From positions 160,195 through 224,194 of the forward strand of contig JBOEFW010000016.1 in NCBI GenBank assembly GCA_050633105.1: a DNA stretch of 64,000 nucleotides, in the 5' to 3' direction. The notes beneath the pieces are model-generated. The model was not told where the DNA came from. It searched no databases and was given only the letters and a program-made list of their open reading frames with translations. This stretch comes from Aureispira sp. (GTDB taxonomy: Bacteria > Bacteroidota > Bacteroidia > Chitinophagales > Saprospiraceae). Within the stretch, counting starts at the first letter, position 1; every line of letters begins with the position of its first letter. The position numbers and the translations under genes are program-made. Of this stretch, positions 28,854 through 38,683 are shown piece by piece.

Positions 28854-29162
28854 ATGAAAAATCTAGCCTTTTATATCCAGGGGAATTCTATGTCTCCTAC
28901 TCTCTTTGATCGCGACATGGTTATTTGTAGCGAAGTTCAATCGTATGATGTTATTGAAGAGAATGAGCTTTATGCCATTGTTACGACCTCAGGAGCCGTT
29001 TTAGTCAAACGAGTACGCCAAGTACGCCGCAATGGCAACAGTCAAATTGTACAACTCAATTTGGTCGCCGACAACGAACCTGCTTCAGCTGCTTTTCGCA
29101 TTCCAATGTCTTGCGTTCGTAGCTTGCTCAAAGTAGAACAAACTTTATCTGCTAGCGCTTAA
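28854..29162 (+). CDS. stand-alone S24 peptidase-domain protein (no DNA-binding domain)
   Basis: GNSMSPT and VLVKRV align with the upstream gene's S24 domain from AFYI(K/Q)G onward. The protein is 102 aa. Confidence 0.6.
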   Translation: MKNLAFYIQGNSMSPTLFDRDMVICSEVQSYDVIEENELYAIVTTSGAVLVKRVRQVRRNGNSQIVQLNLVADNEPASAAFRIPMSCVRSLLKVEQTLSASA

Positions 29163-29311
29163 GCCTAGCCACTAGTCCAATGAATATAAGAATGACACTA
29201 TATTTTTAGACCTTGGTACCCACACTATTTACCCAACACATTTGTTCACCCTTCAAATTAGACCGCCTATAAGTTAGACTGAATTAAATTTGCTAAGTTC
29301 GAGAACATTAT

Positions 29312-29352
29312 ATTGCCCTTCCATCCGCAAATGGAAGGGCAATTTTGTGTTT
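29312..29352 (+). terminator. strong Rho-independent terminator, plus strand
   Basis: Perfect 13-bp stem attgcccttccat / atggaagggcaat with loop ccgcaa, followed by ttttgtgttt. It lies 150 nt after the 29162 stop. Confidence 0.75.
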
Positions 29353-29411
29353 AGGAAGAATAATATTTATTCTATCTTTAGAATGGAACAATATTTTAGC
29401 TGCATTTATCC

Positions 29412-29449
29412 AAATAAAAAAGTGGCCACCCTCCAAGAGGACAGCCACT
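29412..29449 (-). terminator. Rho-independent terminator of the RND efflux operon
   Basis: On the minus strand: agtggc...gccact outer stem with an inner cctc/gagg stem, followed by a T-run (plus-strand ataaaaaa at 29413-29420). It lies 40 nt after the RND gene stop. Confidence 0.65.
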
Positions 29450-29488
29450 GCATTTTACTTAACAAAAACCCTTATAAAAACATTTTAT

Positions 29489-32400
29489 CTAGCCTTCACG
29501 ACCAAATAACCTTTTTACTATTGTAGTCCCTTTATACGCCAACCAATACATAACGGGTATAACAACCAAAGTTAAGAAAGTGGCGAAAATTAACCCATAA
29601 ACAATCGTCCAAGACATTGCGCCCCACATCACCGCATTGTCCCCACCAATAAAGATTTGTGGATCTAAATCGGTTAAGAACGTTGTGAAATTGAAGTTGA
29701 AACCAATGGCTAGAGGAATTAAACCTAATACCGTGGTTACGGCCGTCAATAAAACAGGGCGCAAACGCGTTTTCCCTCCTTCAATAATAGCTTGCCGAAC
29801 AACATCTTCTGGCAAATTGGCCACTCCTAAAGCTTTCTTTTCTCGTTCTTGAATAAAAGAAATATAATCAATCAGTACAATGGCATTGTTGACAACAATC
29901 CCCGCTAAGGAAATGATTCCAATACCAGTCATCACGACCACTAAATCCATCCCTGTTGCCCAGTAACCTAGGAAAACTCCAATGGTACTAAATAGAATAG
30001 ACAAGATGATAATAAAAGGCATCACCACAGAATTGAACTGTGTCACCAAGATCAAGAAGATGGCAAAAACCGCAATTAACAAGGCTTGAGACAAGAAAGC
30101 CATGTTCTCCGCCATTTCTTGCTGCTCTCCTGTAAAGACATAGTTGTAACCTTCTTCAAAATGTAGGTCCGCATAATCTTGCATTCCCGCTTCCAATTGT
30201 TCTACAATATCATTGGCATTATATCCTTCTAAGACATTGGAGTAAATGGTAATCGTACGTTTTTCATTCTTACGCTTGACCGCGCTATAAGTAGAACTAG
30301 GGCGCTTGCTTGCTACGGCCGAAATAGGCACTTGAACAATTTGTCCTCCTGCGTCCATATTTCTAAACGTCACCAACTGGTTCATCAAGGCCTCGTTATC
30401 ATTTCTGTATTCATCGTTGTACCGCAAAATAATAGGATACTCATCTTCTCCATCCTTGTATTTGCTGACTTCTCGACCATACAAAGCTGTATTGAGTGCT
30501 TGAGCGATGTCCAACGTAGATAAGCCATAGCGTCTAGACGCTTCTCGATCTACTTCAATAATATCTTGCTGTACTTTTGAAGAGATGTTCATATTCAATT
30601 CCTCTACACCAGCTACTTGCATGTTTTTTAGGTATTCTAAAGCGCCTTCTGCAACAATCGCTAACTCGCGCATCGTTTTGTCGTCTCCAGAAATCTCTAA
30701 ATTAATTGGCTTTCCTGTTGGAGGGCCATCTTGATTTCTATCCACGACCAAAGAAACGCCAGCATATCCTTGCAAAGCATTACGGATGGAATCCATCGCG
30801 TCATAAGTGGATAAACCTTTTCGCTTATCAGACGAAACAAAAGCGACTGTAATACGCGCTTTGTTAGGCGTTGCTCCAGGTTCTGGTGGCTGAGAAGGAT
30901 CTGACGTATTCTCTCCGATTTGAGACAAAACCGCATCTACAATATCCGCATCCTTAAAGGTGGTAATAGATTTCTCTACTTTTCCTTCTAACTCTTCCAT
31001 GATAGCATTTGTACTCTGAATATCACTACCAATAGGCAATTCTACAAACGCATTAATGTACAAAGGATCTGTTTTTGGAAAGAAAACCACATTAGGAGCG
31101 CTGCCTCCAAATAAAGCAATCGAGGCAAAGAGCAAGAAAATCACCCCTGCAAAGGTTAGAATAGGCATGATTCCTTTTAGAATAAAGCGAATAAACGCAT
31201 CATAACCACGCTCCAACATTGGCAATACCTTTGTTTGAAACAAAACGGTTCCTGGACGCAATACAAAATAATTAAGCAAGCTAAGGATAGCAGTCATTGC
31301 CAAAGCATTTCTCAACCAAAATACTTCTGAGGAATGGGCCAATACAGCAAAAACAACCATTCCAACAACACCCAAAATATTATTGCGTAAAAAGCGTTTT
31401 TCATCTGGACGGACCAATTCCTCTTTTTCAACTTTCATCAAAACCGAGGTAAATACAGGTGTTAAAACCAATGCAACAAACAAAGAAGAGGTTAGAACAA
31501 TAATCAATGTCAAGGGCAAATACCCCATAAATTCTCCCATGATTCCTGGCCAAAACATCAATGGAACAAACGCCGCCAAAGTTGTTGCGGTTGAGGCAAT
31601 AATTGGCATAGCAACCTCCCCTGCTGCTTTCTTCGAGGCATCCAACGGATGATACCCTTCCTGCATATACCGATAGACATTCTCCACTACTACAATCGAG
31701 TTATCCACCAGCATTCCCAGTGCTAGAATCAAAGAGAATAATACAATCACATTCAACGTAATGCCCATTAAGTTAAGAATGAGAATTCCCATCAACATTG
31801 ATAATGGAATCGCCAAACCTACAAACAAAGCATTTCTCAAACCCAAGAAGAACAACAAAACCAAGACTACTAGGATTACTCCCGAAATAATACTGTTCTG
31901 TAGATTACTTACTTGATCTCTGGTATTAATAGATTGATCGTTAAACAAGGTCACACTCAAATCATCAGGAAAACGAGTTGCTTCCGCCTTCTCTACGATT
32001 TCCTTGATTTTATCAGAAGCCGACAACAAGTTTTCTCCTGCGCGCTTGATAACATCCAACGAAACAACAGGCAAACGATCGGAACGGGCAATACTGGTCG
32101 GCTTAGCAACGCCTTCTACCACTTTTGCAACGTCCTTGATGAATACAGGGTTCTGGAATTCACTTTTAATAATAATGTTCTCAATTTCCTTCACCGACTT
32201 AAACTCTCCTACGACTCGAACCGAGCGATTAAAGCCATTAAAATTACGCTCTCCTGCCGACATGGTAATATTCTCCATGGCAATGGCATTCGCAATATCA
32301 TTAAAACTAATTTTCTTGGATTGCATTTGCTTCCAATCCACATCAATTTGGATTTCCTTCTCTGCTACTCCTTTCAATTTCACTTCTGAAATCTCGGGTA

Positions 32401-32941
32401 GTTTTTCGATTTCGGTTTGCAAATACTCCCCAAAACTGCGCAAATTATCATTGGAATAACGTCCTGATAAATTCACGGTCATAATAGGAAACTCTGAAAA
32501 GTTAATTTCAAATACATTGGGTCCAGCAGTAAGGTCCTTAGGAAAATCTTTATCTCCTTTGGCTTTATCTACAGCATCTTTGACTTCTTGCAAAGCCTTG
32601 TCTACCGTAACACTGGTATTGAATTCTACAATAATGTTAGAAAAATCAGCAATAGAGTTTCCATCTATTTTCTTGATGCCTGTAATAGACGCCAATTCTT
32701 TTTCTAAAGGAATCGTAACCAAACTCTCCATATCCTCCGCCGAGTTCCCAGCATAAGTTGTCGCTACATAAATTGTTGGAATGACAATTTCTGGGAATTG
32801 TTCCTTGGGCATCGTATCATACGATTGAATGCCAAAAAACAAAACCATAAGCGTCAACAAAAAGATACTGGTGGCATTGTCTACCGCAAGGGAGGTGGCC
32901 CTAAAATTCCTGTATAATTTCTTATCGTTGTTATTACTCAT
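29489..32941 (-). CDS. RND (AcrB/HAE1-type) efflux permease
   Basis: 1150 aa with a 12-TM architecture and two large periplasmic loops. AcrB-family patterns are visible throughout (for example LALGMLVDNSIVVVEN). Confidence 0.95.
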   Translation of the reverse strand: MSNNNDKKLYRNFRATSLAVDNATSIFLLTLMVLFFGIQSYDTMPKEQFPEIVIPTIYVATTYAGNSAEDMESLVTIPLEKELASITGIKKIDGNSIADFSNIIVEFNTSVTVDKALQEVKDAVDKAKGDKDFPKDLTAGPNVFEINFSEFPIMTVNLSGRYSNDNLRSFGEYLQTEIEKLPEISEVKLKGVAEKEIQIDVDWKQMQSKKISFNDIANAIAMENITMSAGERNFNGFNRSVRVVGEFKSVKEIENIIIKSEFQNPVFIKDVAKVVEGVAKPTSIARSDRLPVVSLDVIKRAGENLLSASDKIKEIVEKAEATRFPDDLSVTLFNDQSINTRDQVSNLQNSIISGVILVVLVLLFFLGLRNALFVGLAIPLSMLMGILILNLMGITLNVIVLFSLILALGMLVDNSIVVVENVYRYMQEGYHPLDASKKAAGEVAMPIIASTATTLAAFVPLMFWPGIMGEFMGYLPLTLIIVLTSSLFVALVLTPVFTSVLMKVEKEELVRPDEKRFLRNNILGVVGMVVFAVLAHSSEVFWLRNALAMTAILSLLNYFVLRPGTVLFQTKVLPMLERGYDAFIRFILKGIMPILTFAGVIFLLFASIALFGGSAPNVVFFPKTDPLYINAFVELPIGSDIQSTNAIMEELEGKVEKSITTFKDADIVDAVLSQIGENTSDPSQPPEPGATPNKARITVAFVSSDKRKGLSTYDAMDSIRNALQGYAGVSLVVDRNQDGPPTGKPINLEISGDDKTMRELAIVAEGALEYLKNMQVAGVEELNMNISSKVQQDIIEVDREASRRYGLSTLDIAQALNTALYGREVSKYKDGEDEYPIILRYNDEYRNDNEALMNQLVTFRNMDAGGQIVQVPISAVASKRPSSTYSAVKRKNEKRTITIYSNVLEGYNANDIVEQLEAGMQDYADLHFEEGYNYVFTGEQQEMAENMAFLSQALLIAVFAIFLILVTQFNSVVMPFIIILSILFSTIGVFLGYWATGMDLVVVMTGIGIISLAGIVVNNAIVLIDYISFIQEREKKALGVANLPEDVVRQAIIEGGKTRLRPVLLTAVTTVLGLIPLAIGFNFNFTTFLTDLDPQIFIGGDNAVMWGAMSWTIVYGLIFATFLTLVVIPVMYWLAYKGTTIVKRLFGREG

Positions 32942-33003
32942 TGTTTGACTATTTTAAACTAATGTGTCCTGCCTCTAGGCATTTCAAAACTATTCAGGAG
33001 GAT

Positions 33004-34155
33004 TTATTGGGGGACTACTTTGACCAAATCACCCGCGGTTACTTGACGGGCACCTTTCATCAACAAAACATCTTCTTTGGCTAATCCTGAAGCAACTACC
33101 GTTTCATTATTAAAACTTTTACCTGTTTCAATAACTTTCTTAACAGCCTTTCCATTTTCTAACGCCATGACATAATCCGCTCCACTAACATCTTGCATAA
33201 TCAATTGATCTGCAACTACCACAGCATCTTTAGCGGCATAGTCGTTGACTAAAACCGTCGCTAATAAATTGGGCTTTAACACGCCATTGTTCTTTACAGA
33301 AGCTTCAATTTCAAAGGTGCGGTTGGCAGCATTAATGGTGCGGCCAATTGTTTTGATACGTCCTTTCTGCTCCATCTCCAAGGCAGGGAATTTGATCGTT
33401 ACCGCTTCTCCCTTTTTGACTTGACCTAAGTAGATTTCAGGAATAGCTGCTACTACTTTCAAGTCTCTGGTATTAAGAATAGTAATAACAGGCGCTCCTG
33501 GGCCAGCCATTTCTCCTTCTCTAACCATCACGGCATCTACATAACCACTAATAGGGGCATAGATCGTAGATTTAGACAATTCATATTCCATGCTTTCCTT
33601 GTTCTTCAACAGGGATTCTACTTGGCTTTTTGCTTGTAGGTACTGTACTTCAGAACCAATTTTTTGCTTCCATAAGTTTTCTTGACGCTTATAAATATCT
33701 TGTGCCAAACTCAAAGATTCATCCAACTGAGCAATGCTTTTTTTAATGCTCTCTAAGTTTACTTTACCAACCAATGCCCCCTTGCTGATATAGTCCCCTT
33801 CCTTAACACGTAAGGAAACCAAACGGCCACCTGTTTCGCTACTCGCATAAGCAGGATCTTGTGAGGGCACAACATTCGCTTGTACCTCTACATAATGATT
33901 AAAGTCTTTAACCGTCACAGGGGAAGTCGTTACCAAAACAACTTTCTCCTTTGGTGGATTGGGGTCCAACTTTACGGCTAATATTTCTAATTTTTTTATT
34001 TCCGCTTTGATTGTTTTTAATTCTTGACGCTTGGCTTTAAGCGCTGTACGTGCTTCTGCCAATGTTTCGGGGTCTTTGGCTTGTTCTTCGCCACCACAGG
34101 CTACTACCAATAAAAGGAAGGAAGTAAGCCCTAAAAAATATAGTACGTTTTTCAT
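33004..34155 (-). CDS. RND periplasmic adaptor (membrane fusion protein)
   Basis: Lipobox LLVVACGG, a coiled-coil hairpin, and lipoyl/beta-barrel segments typical of the HlyD/AcrA family. Confidence 0.9.
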   Translation of the reverse strand: MKNVLYFLGLTSFLLLVVACGGEEQAKDPETLAEARTALKAKRQELKTIKAEIKKLEILAVKLDPNPPKEKVVLVTTSPVTVKDFNHYVEVQANVVPSQDPAYASSETGGRLVSLRVKEGDYISKGALVGKVNLESIKKSIAQLDESLSLAQDIYKRQENLWKQKIGSEVQYLQAKSQVESLLKNKESMEYELSKSTIYAPISGYVDAVMVREGEMAGPGAPVITILNTRDLKVVAAIPEIYLGQVKKGEAVTIKFPALEMEQKGRIKTIGRTINAANRTFEIEASVKNNGVLKPNLLATVLVNDYAAKDAVVVADQLIMQDVSGADYVMALENGKAVKKVIETGKSFNNETVVASGLAKEDVLLMKGARQVTAGDLVKVVPQ

Positions 34156-34193
34156 TATTTTATTATAATATGGTCGTAAAACTAGTGTTATTA

Positions 34194-35534
34194 TTATTTA
34201 CCTAAGGCTTTGTCTAAAGCTGCTTTTGCTAATACCAAATCATACAAAGCATTGAGTCGGTTTGCTTGCGTTCTGTACAATTCTTGTTCGGCCTGTGTCA
34301 TCTCCAAACTAGATCCTACGCCTTCTCGATACTTAATACGTGTTGTTTCTAAAATGCGTTCTGCTAAGGCTAAATTCTCATCTTGATTTTCCAAACGCTC
34401 TTTGGCATTCTGATAATTCGCACGAGCATTCAACACTTCTAGTTGAATTCCTCGCTCCAAATCATTCAATTGCAATTGGAATTTGGCAACATCAATTCTA
34501 GCGCGCTTGATTTTAGCCGCTTTGTCCAAGCCATCAAAAATTGGTACATTCAAAGTAGCGCCAACAATGGTCGTAGGAAAAAACCCAGGCTCATCATTAT
34601 CAAACAAATCATTGCGTTGTAACTGTTGCTGGTGCGTAAAGAAGGCCGTAATGTTAGGCAAGTAGCCCATGTGAAAACGCTTAATGTTTAGCTCATTGAG
34701 GGCAATGGTCCTTTTAAGAATATCTGTTTCGATCCGACGATCATATTGTATGTCACCTTCCAAGTCTGTTGTTTCTACAATAGCAATGACATCTTCTAAG
34801 CGTTCTGTTAATACAATACTATCATCTAAAGGATAATTCATCTGAAACTTGAGCACATTTTTAGCCAATTGCATTTGACGCTCCAAGGTTTCTAATTGTA
34901 CAGTTAGATTGGAAATAGAAAGATCTAAACGATCTACATCCAAGCGCTCTACCATACCATTCTCATAAAAAGCGTTGGTCTCATATCGAATCTTCTTCAA
35001 ATTCTCAATATTAAGGAGCAAAACATCCTTGTTCTCTTCTACCAATAAGGCCTGCAAATAGGCTTGTACAACATTGTATTTAATATCATATTTGGTCAAA
35101 TCTGCCTGGCGCTTGGTCATATCCAACAAACCTTTAGAAGCTTTGAGTCCTACAAAATAAGAACCATCTAACACCAAGGTACTTACAGTAATCGAGGGGG
35201 TCAAATTGTGCCGAGTGCCAAATTGTACTTCTGAAAAACCTGGCTCTGGTGGAGGAGCACCAGGGATCGCAAAGGCATCATTTGGTAATAATTGTGTAGG
35301 GATGTCAATGTAATAGTTGTAATCTACTTTTGCATTGACTTTAGGAATACCAATCGCTGTGTATTCCTGCACATCTGCTTTTGCGCGCGCAATGTCCAAT
35401 TGCCCATCGCGAATGCTGTTACTTTTGGTCTGCGCATAACCAATGGCCTCCGTGAGCGAAAATTGCTCAACGTTTTGTGCTTGCATGCCAAATGCTAAAA
35501 ATAGCGCGGCCAATAAAATGCTTGTTGTTTTCAT
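34194..35534 (-). CDS. TolC-family outer membrane efflux protein
   Basis: Signal peptide and duplicated OEP repeat structure. It is the second gene of the efflux operon, after tetR. Confidence 0.9.
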   Translation of the reverse strand: MKTTSILLAALFLAFGMQAQNVEQFSLTEAIGYAQTKSNSIRDGQLDIARAKADVQEYTAIGIPKVNAKVDYNYYIDIPTQLLPNDAFAIPGAPPPEPGFSEVQFGTRHNLTPSITVSTLVLDGSYFVGLKASKGLLDMTKRQADLTKYDIKYNVVQAYLQALLVEENKDVLLLNIENLKKIRYETNAFYENGMVERLDVDRLDLSISNLTVQLETLERQMQLAKNVLKFQMNYPLDDSIVLTERLEDVIAIVETTDLEGDIQYDRRIETDILKRTIALNELNIKRFHMGYLPNITAFFTHQQQLQRNDLFDNDEPGFFPTTIVGATLNVPIFDGLDKAAKIKRARIDVAKFQLQLNDLERGIQLEVLNARANYQNAKERLENQDENLALAERILETTRIKYREGVGSSLEMTQAEQELYRTQANRLNALYDLVLAKAALDKALGK

Positions 35535-35594
35535 ATGTAAGAATGTCGTGGGTTCGACTATTAACTAATTTATAATGGTGCTTATTAGTGTGTT

Positions 35595-36221
35595 CTAATG
35601 AATGTCATTCATGGGATCAATATGATCGCCTAGTTCTTGTAATAATCTGCGGCCTTTGTCAGAAACAATGGCATTAATGTGATATTTTGTAAATTCTCCA
35701 TGACGAACGGATAAGGGGAACTGGTCCAAAGGAAAAAAGTCAACGTCTGATAAAATTAGCATCAAACTTACATGAATACGCGCGATCAATTCTATATTAA
35801 AATCAGTGCGATACAGACCTTCATCGACTCCTTCTTGTAAATTATTTATTACCATTTGCAACATTTCCTTGCGATGAAAATTGTCTAGCAGTTCCCATAC
35901 GGGACGATGGTATTTTTTGAGGTCAAATAAAAGCGAAGGATTCATGTCGTTCATATCCGTTTGAGCATAGACATTTATCTTAAGTAATGCTTCCAAAGCA
36001 TTCTCAGAACTCTCTACAATAGAGTAACACTCCTTTTTATCTTCTTGTATATGGCGTTGTACAATCTGTTGTACTAAATCACGCTTATTCTCTACATGCA
36101 CATACAGTGTTTTTTTAGACATTCCCAAGTCACGAGCAATATCTGCCATAGTAACACTCCGCACACCATACTTGTGAAAGAGCCCCTCAGCCGCGTTCAA
36201 TATTTTTGTCAGTTCATCCAA
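35595..36221 (-). CDS. TetR/AcrR-family transcriptional repressor
   Basis: N-terminal HTH (VTMADIARDLGMSKKTLYVHVENK). It heads the efflux operon. Confidence 0.85.
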   Translation of the reverse strand: MDELTKILNAAEGLFHKYGVRSVTMADIARDLGMSKKTLYVHVENKRDLVQQIVQRHIQEDKKECYSIVESSENALEALLKINVYAQTDMNDMNPSLLFDLKKYHRPVWELLDNFHRKEMLQMVINNLQEGVDEGLYRTDFNIELIARIHVSLMLILSDVDFFPLDQFPLSVRHGEFTKYHINAIVSDKGRRLLQELGDHIDPMNDIH

Positions 36222-36273
36222 ATCTAAGCTGCTTGTTATTCTAGTTATTGCAATTATGTTTCTTTCTCAAAGA

Positions 36274-36384
36274 GGAAACTAAAAATACATTTATAGTTTC
36301 TACGGTTTCCAGTTGGGTAAAATTTTTTAGCACCACAAAGATAACTACAAAACATAGGAAACCCAAAATTATTCTAAAGTTTCC
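36274..36384. promoter_or_regulatory. candidate TetR operators (GGAAAC...GTTTCC inverted repeats)
   Basis: GGAAAC at 36274-36279 pairs with GTTTCC at 36305-36310, with an inner AGTTTC at 36295-36300. GGAAAC at 36357-36362 pairs with GTTTCC at 36379-36384. These sites lie 53-163 nt upstream of the tetR start. Confidence 0.35.
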
Positions 36385-36563
36385 ACAGTTTTTTTAGTTT
36401 CTTTTGATTTCCTTAACAAAATGCCACTTGAAATGAAAATTTCAACAGTTTGGCCTAAAATTTTCTTTGATTTACTTATTTTTAAGAAACAACAAAGGAG
36501 TTGCCTATCCTAACACTATAACTTAGTGACTCTTTTACTTCTATATCACCAGCCATTTTGACT

Positions 36564-37292
36564 ATGAAATATACTCTTCTTATTTACTGGTTTTTAGGTT
36601 TATGCCTCCTTTCTTCTTGCTCCTCTTGTGGCGAGAACAGCGCTACAGGTAGCGCAGACTCTTCTATTACAGCTGGTAATGGATTAGAAGGAATAGCAGA
36701 TGAATTATATGGCACAGCAGAGGAGCGCCTCCAAGCCAACATTAATCAAATGATTGATGAACAAGTAGAAGTTTCTAATGCCATTCATTCTAAACGCGTT
36801 CAAGCGATGATTGCAGGCTTTGAATTGGGCATGTCGCGCAGTCAAGTCAAAAAGCATTTCCTGAGCATGAAACAGAAAAAACACTTAGTCCGTGTGCGCA
36901 AACGCAGCAAAGGATCTAAAAAAGTGTATGAATACGTTTATCCTCTGCCCTTGGAAAGTGGCCGCGCCAATACTCAATTCAATTTTGACCACCAACGAGG
37001 GGGCGGTGTTTACAAATTAGTTTGTGAGCCACGCAAACCACGCCGCCAAAGCAAGTCGGATTTCCTAGAAGAAATACACACCTTGCTCAACGAATGGTAT
37101 GGCCCTCACAATTTCCAATTACCCAACCAACATGGTTGCGCGCGTTACATTTGGATTGCAGGCAATCGCCATTTGGATTTATATGCGACTGCTAAAGATG
37201 TACAATTTATGTACACAGATCTCAAAACAGAGATTCCACCCAATATTGATGGTGGTGGAGAGGAGCGCCCAACTAGTGAAGAACTGTTGTAA
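36564..37292 (+). CDS. hypothetical lipoprotein
   Basis: Lipobox LCLLSSCSSC. No family recognised. The ATG at 36564 is preferred to the TTG at 36558. Confidence 0.55.
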   Translation: MKYTLLIYWFLGLCLLSSCSSCGENSATGSADSSITAGNGLEGIADELYGTAEERLQANINQMIDEQVEVSNAIHSKRVQAMIAGFELGMSRSQVKKHFLSMKQKKHLVRVRKRSKGSKKVYEYVYPLPLESGRANTQFNFDHQRGGGVYKLVCEPRKPRRQSKSDFLEEIHTLLNEWYGPHNFQLPNQHGCARYIWIAGNRHLDLYATAKDVQFMYTDLKTEIPPNIDGGGEERPTSEELL

Positions 37293-37360
37293 TTCGTTTC
37301 TTCTGAAGGGCTAATAAAACTGCTTCTAAAACACTATTATCACCAAATAACAAAACCATC

Positions 37361-37753
37361 ATGAGCCACTCTATAAGCAGAGCTTACGCCATGCCCTTTA
37401 ACAATTTCAATTTTGATCCTTCTGCCAACATGCTGTATTTTCTTAAGCGGGATGTAGATCAAAAAGGAAAAAAAGCCTTTCTAAAGAAGGAAGAAAAAGA
37501 GGAACACTACAATAATTTAATACTTTGGGATATTGATACCCAGAAGAAGCATTTTCTATTTGAGCAGGACATTGCTTTAACACATCGTATTCTTGGTTTT
37601 TATTTTGAATGTTATTACAACGAAGAGGAATGTTCTATCGTCTTTAACAGAGAGATAGCTAAGATTAATTTAGAAAAACTGCCACAACGTGCACTGAAAG
37701 ATCTTTTATTAATAGAAACCGTTCATTTAGAAACGAAAGCAACCTATCTCTGA
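37361..37753 (+). CDS. hypothetical protein (130 aa)
   Basis: ATG ORF with ordinary composition and no recognised motif. Confidence 0.45.
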   Translation: MSHSISRAYAMPFNNFNFDPSANMLYFLKRDVDQKGKKAFLKKEEKEEHYNNLILWDIDTQKKHFLFEQDIALTHRILGFYFECYYNEEECSIVFNREIAKINLEKLPQRALKDLLLIETVHLETKATYL

Positions 37754-37921
37754 TATGCCAACAAGAAAGGTCAATACTTAACAAAGGTGGCGCAGTGCTC
37801 TAAAAACACAGAATGGCACTTGGATATTGGTAATGGGGTATTGCGTCTTATCACCCCCACCTATCGAGATGTCAGTATTCAGGAAATTCCTTGGCAATTG
37901 CCTAACTAAAACGCTTTACAA

Positions 37922-38389
37922 ATGTCAACAACTCATCAAATTGCGCTACACTGTGAACAAGTTTTTTTTGGAGGCAACTGGACTGCGTCTAACCTTCAAG
38001 AACATTTAGCGGATGTGACCTGGGAAGAAGCATTGACGTCTGTCTATGATTTTAATACCATTGCGACTCTTACTTACCACATCTATTATTACATCAAGGT
38101 GGCTTTACCTGTTTTTAATGGGGAAGCCTTGGATGCACATGATAAATTTAGTTTTGATCATCCTCCAATTACCTCTTCAGAGGATTGGGAGCGTTTTAAA
38201 GCTGAAATTTGGCGAGATACCAAAGCCTTTGTAGAAGGTGTTCGCGCTTTGCCTGATCATCTATTACCGCAAGATTTTTCCAACAAAAAGTATGGTTCTT
38301 ATTATAGGAATCTTCTTGGGACAGTCGAGCATAGCCATTATCATTTAGGACAATTGGTCTTAATCAAAAAAATTATTCGCCAACTTTAA
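37922..38389 (+). CDS. DinB-superfamily (DinB_2/DUF1572-like) four-helix metalloprotein
   Basis: Conserved His positions (LTYHIYYY, EHSHYHLGQ) and length are typical of the DinB family. Confidence 0.7.
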   Translation: MSTTHQIALHCEQVFFGGNWTASNLQEHLADVTWEEALTSVYDFNTIATLTYHIYYYIKVALPVFNGEALDAHDKFSFDHPPITSSEDWERFKAEIWRDTKAFVEGVRALPDHLLPQDFSNKKYGSYYRNLLGTVEHSHYHLGQLVLIKKIIRQL

Positions 38390-38683
38390 TAACTGATTTG
38401 TTGGCACAATTTTGTTTATAAGAATTTTCATAAGTTTTTTTTAAGTACGTTTAGAGAGGAGTCTTCAACAATCAAAAGGGCAAGGACAACTGTTTAAATC
38501 CTACCATAATCATTTGGCTAAAGGGTTGAAAATCTAATTGATAGAATAGAGAGTAACAGCGTCTCTAACAATCCTCTTTCATCGCTATAGGGCTATTCTA
38601 AAAAATCTTACTATCTTGCGACGTATTCACAAGCAATCTATTTTATAACAACTGTTTACCTCTAAATTACAAGGTGTTGAGAT

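Noticed and set aside
31383-32756. Several 79-158 aa plus-strand ORFs (31383-31652, 31913-32389, 32004-32459, 32517-32756) inside the RND permease gene.
   Set aside because: They are shadow ORFs antisense to a very well supported 1150-aa AcrB-family gene. Their composition mirrors the sense strand and they carry no motifs.
35550-35558. GGGTTCGAC, which resembles a tRNA T-arm/T-loop.
   Set aside because: There is no complementary acceptor or T-stem partner, and no D-arm or anticodon arm around it. It lies in the 60-nt gap between tolC and tetR. No tRNA-like cloverleaf was found anywhere in the window.
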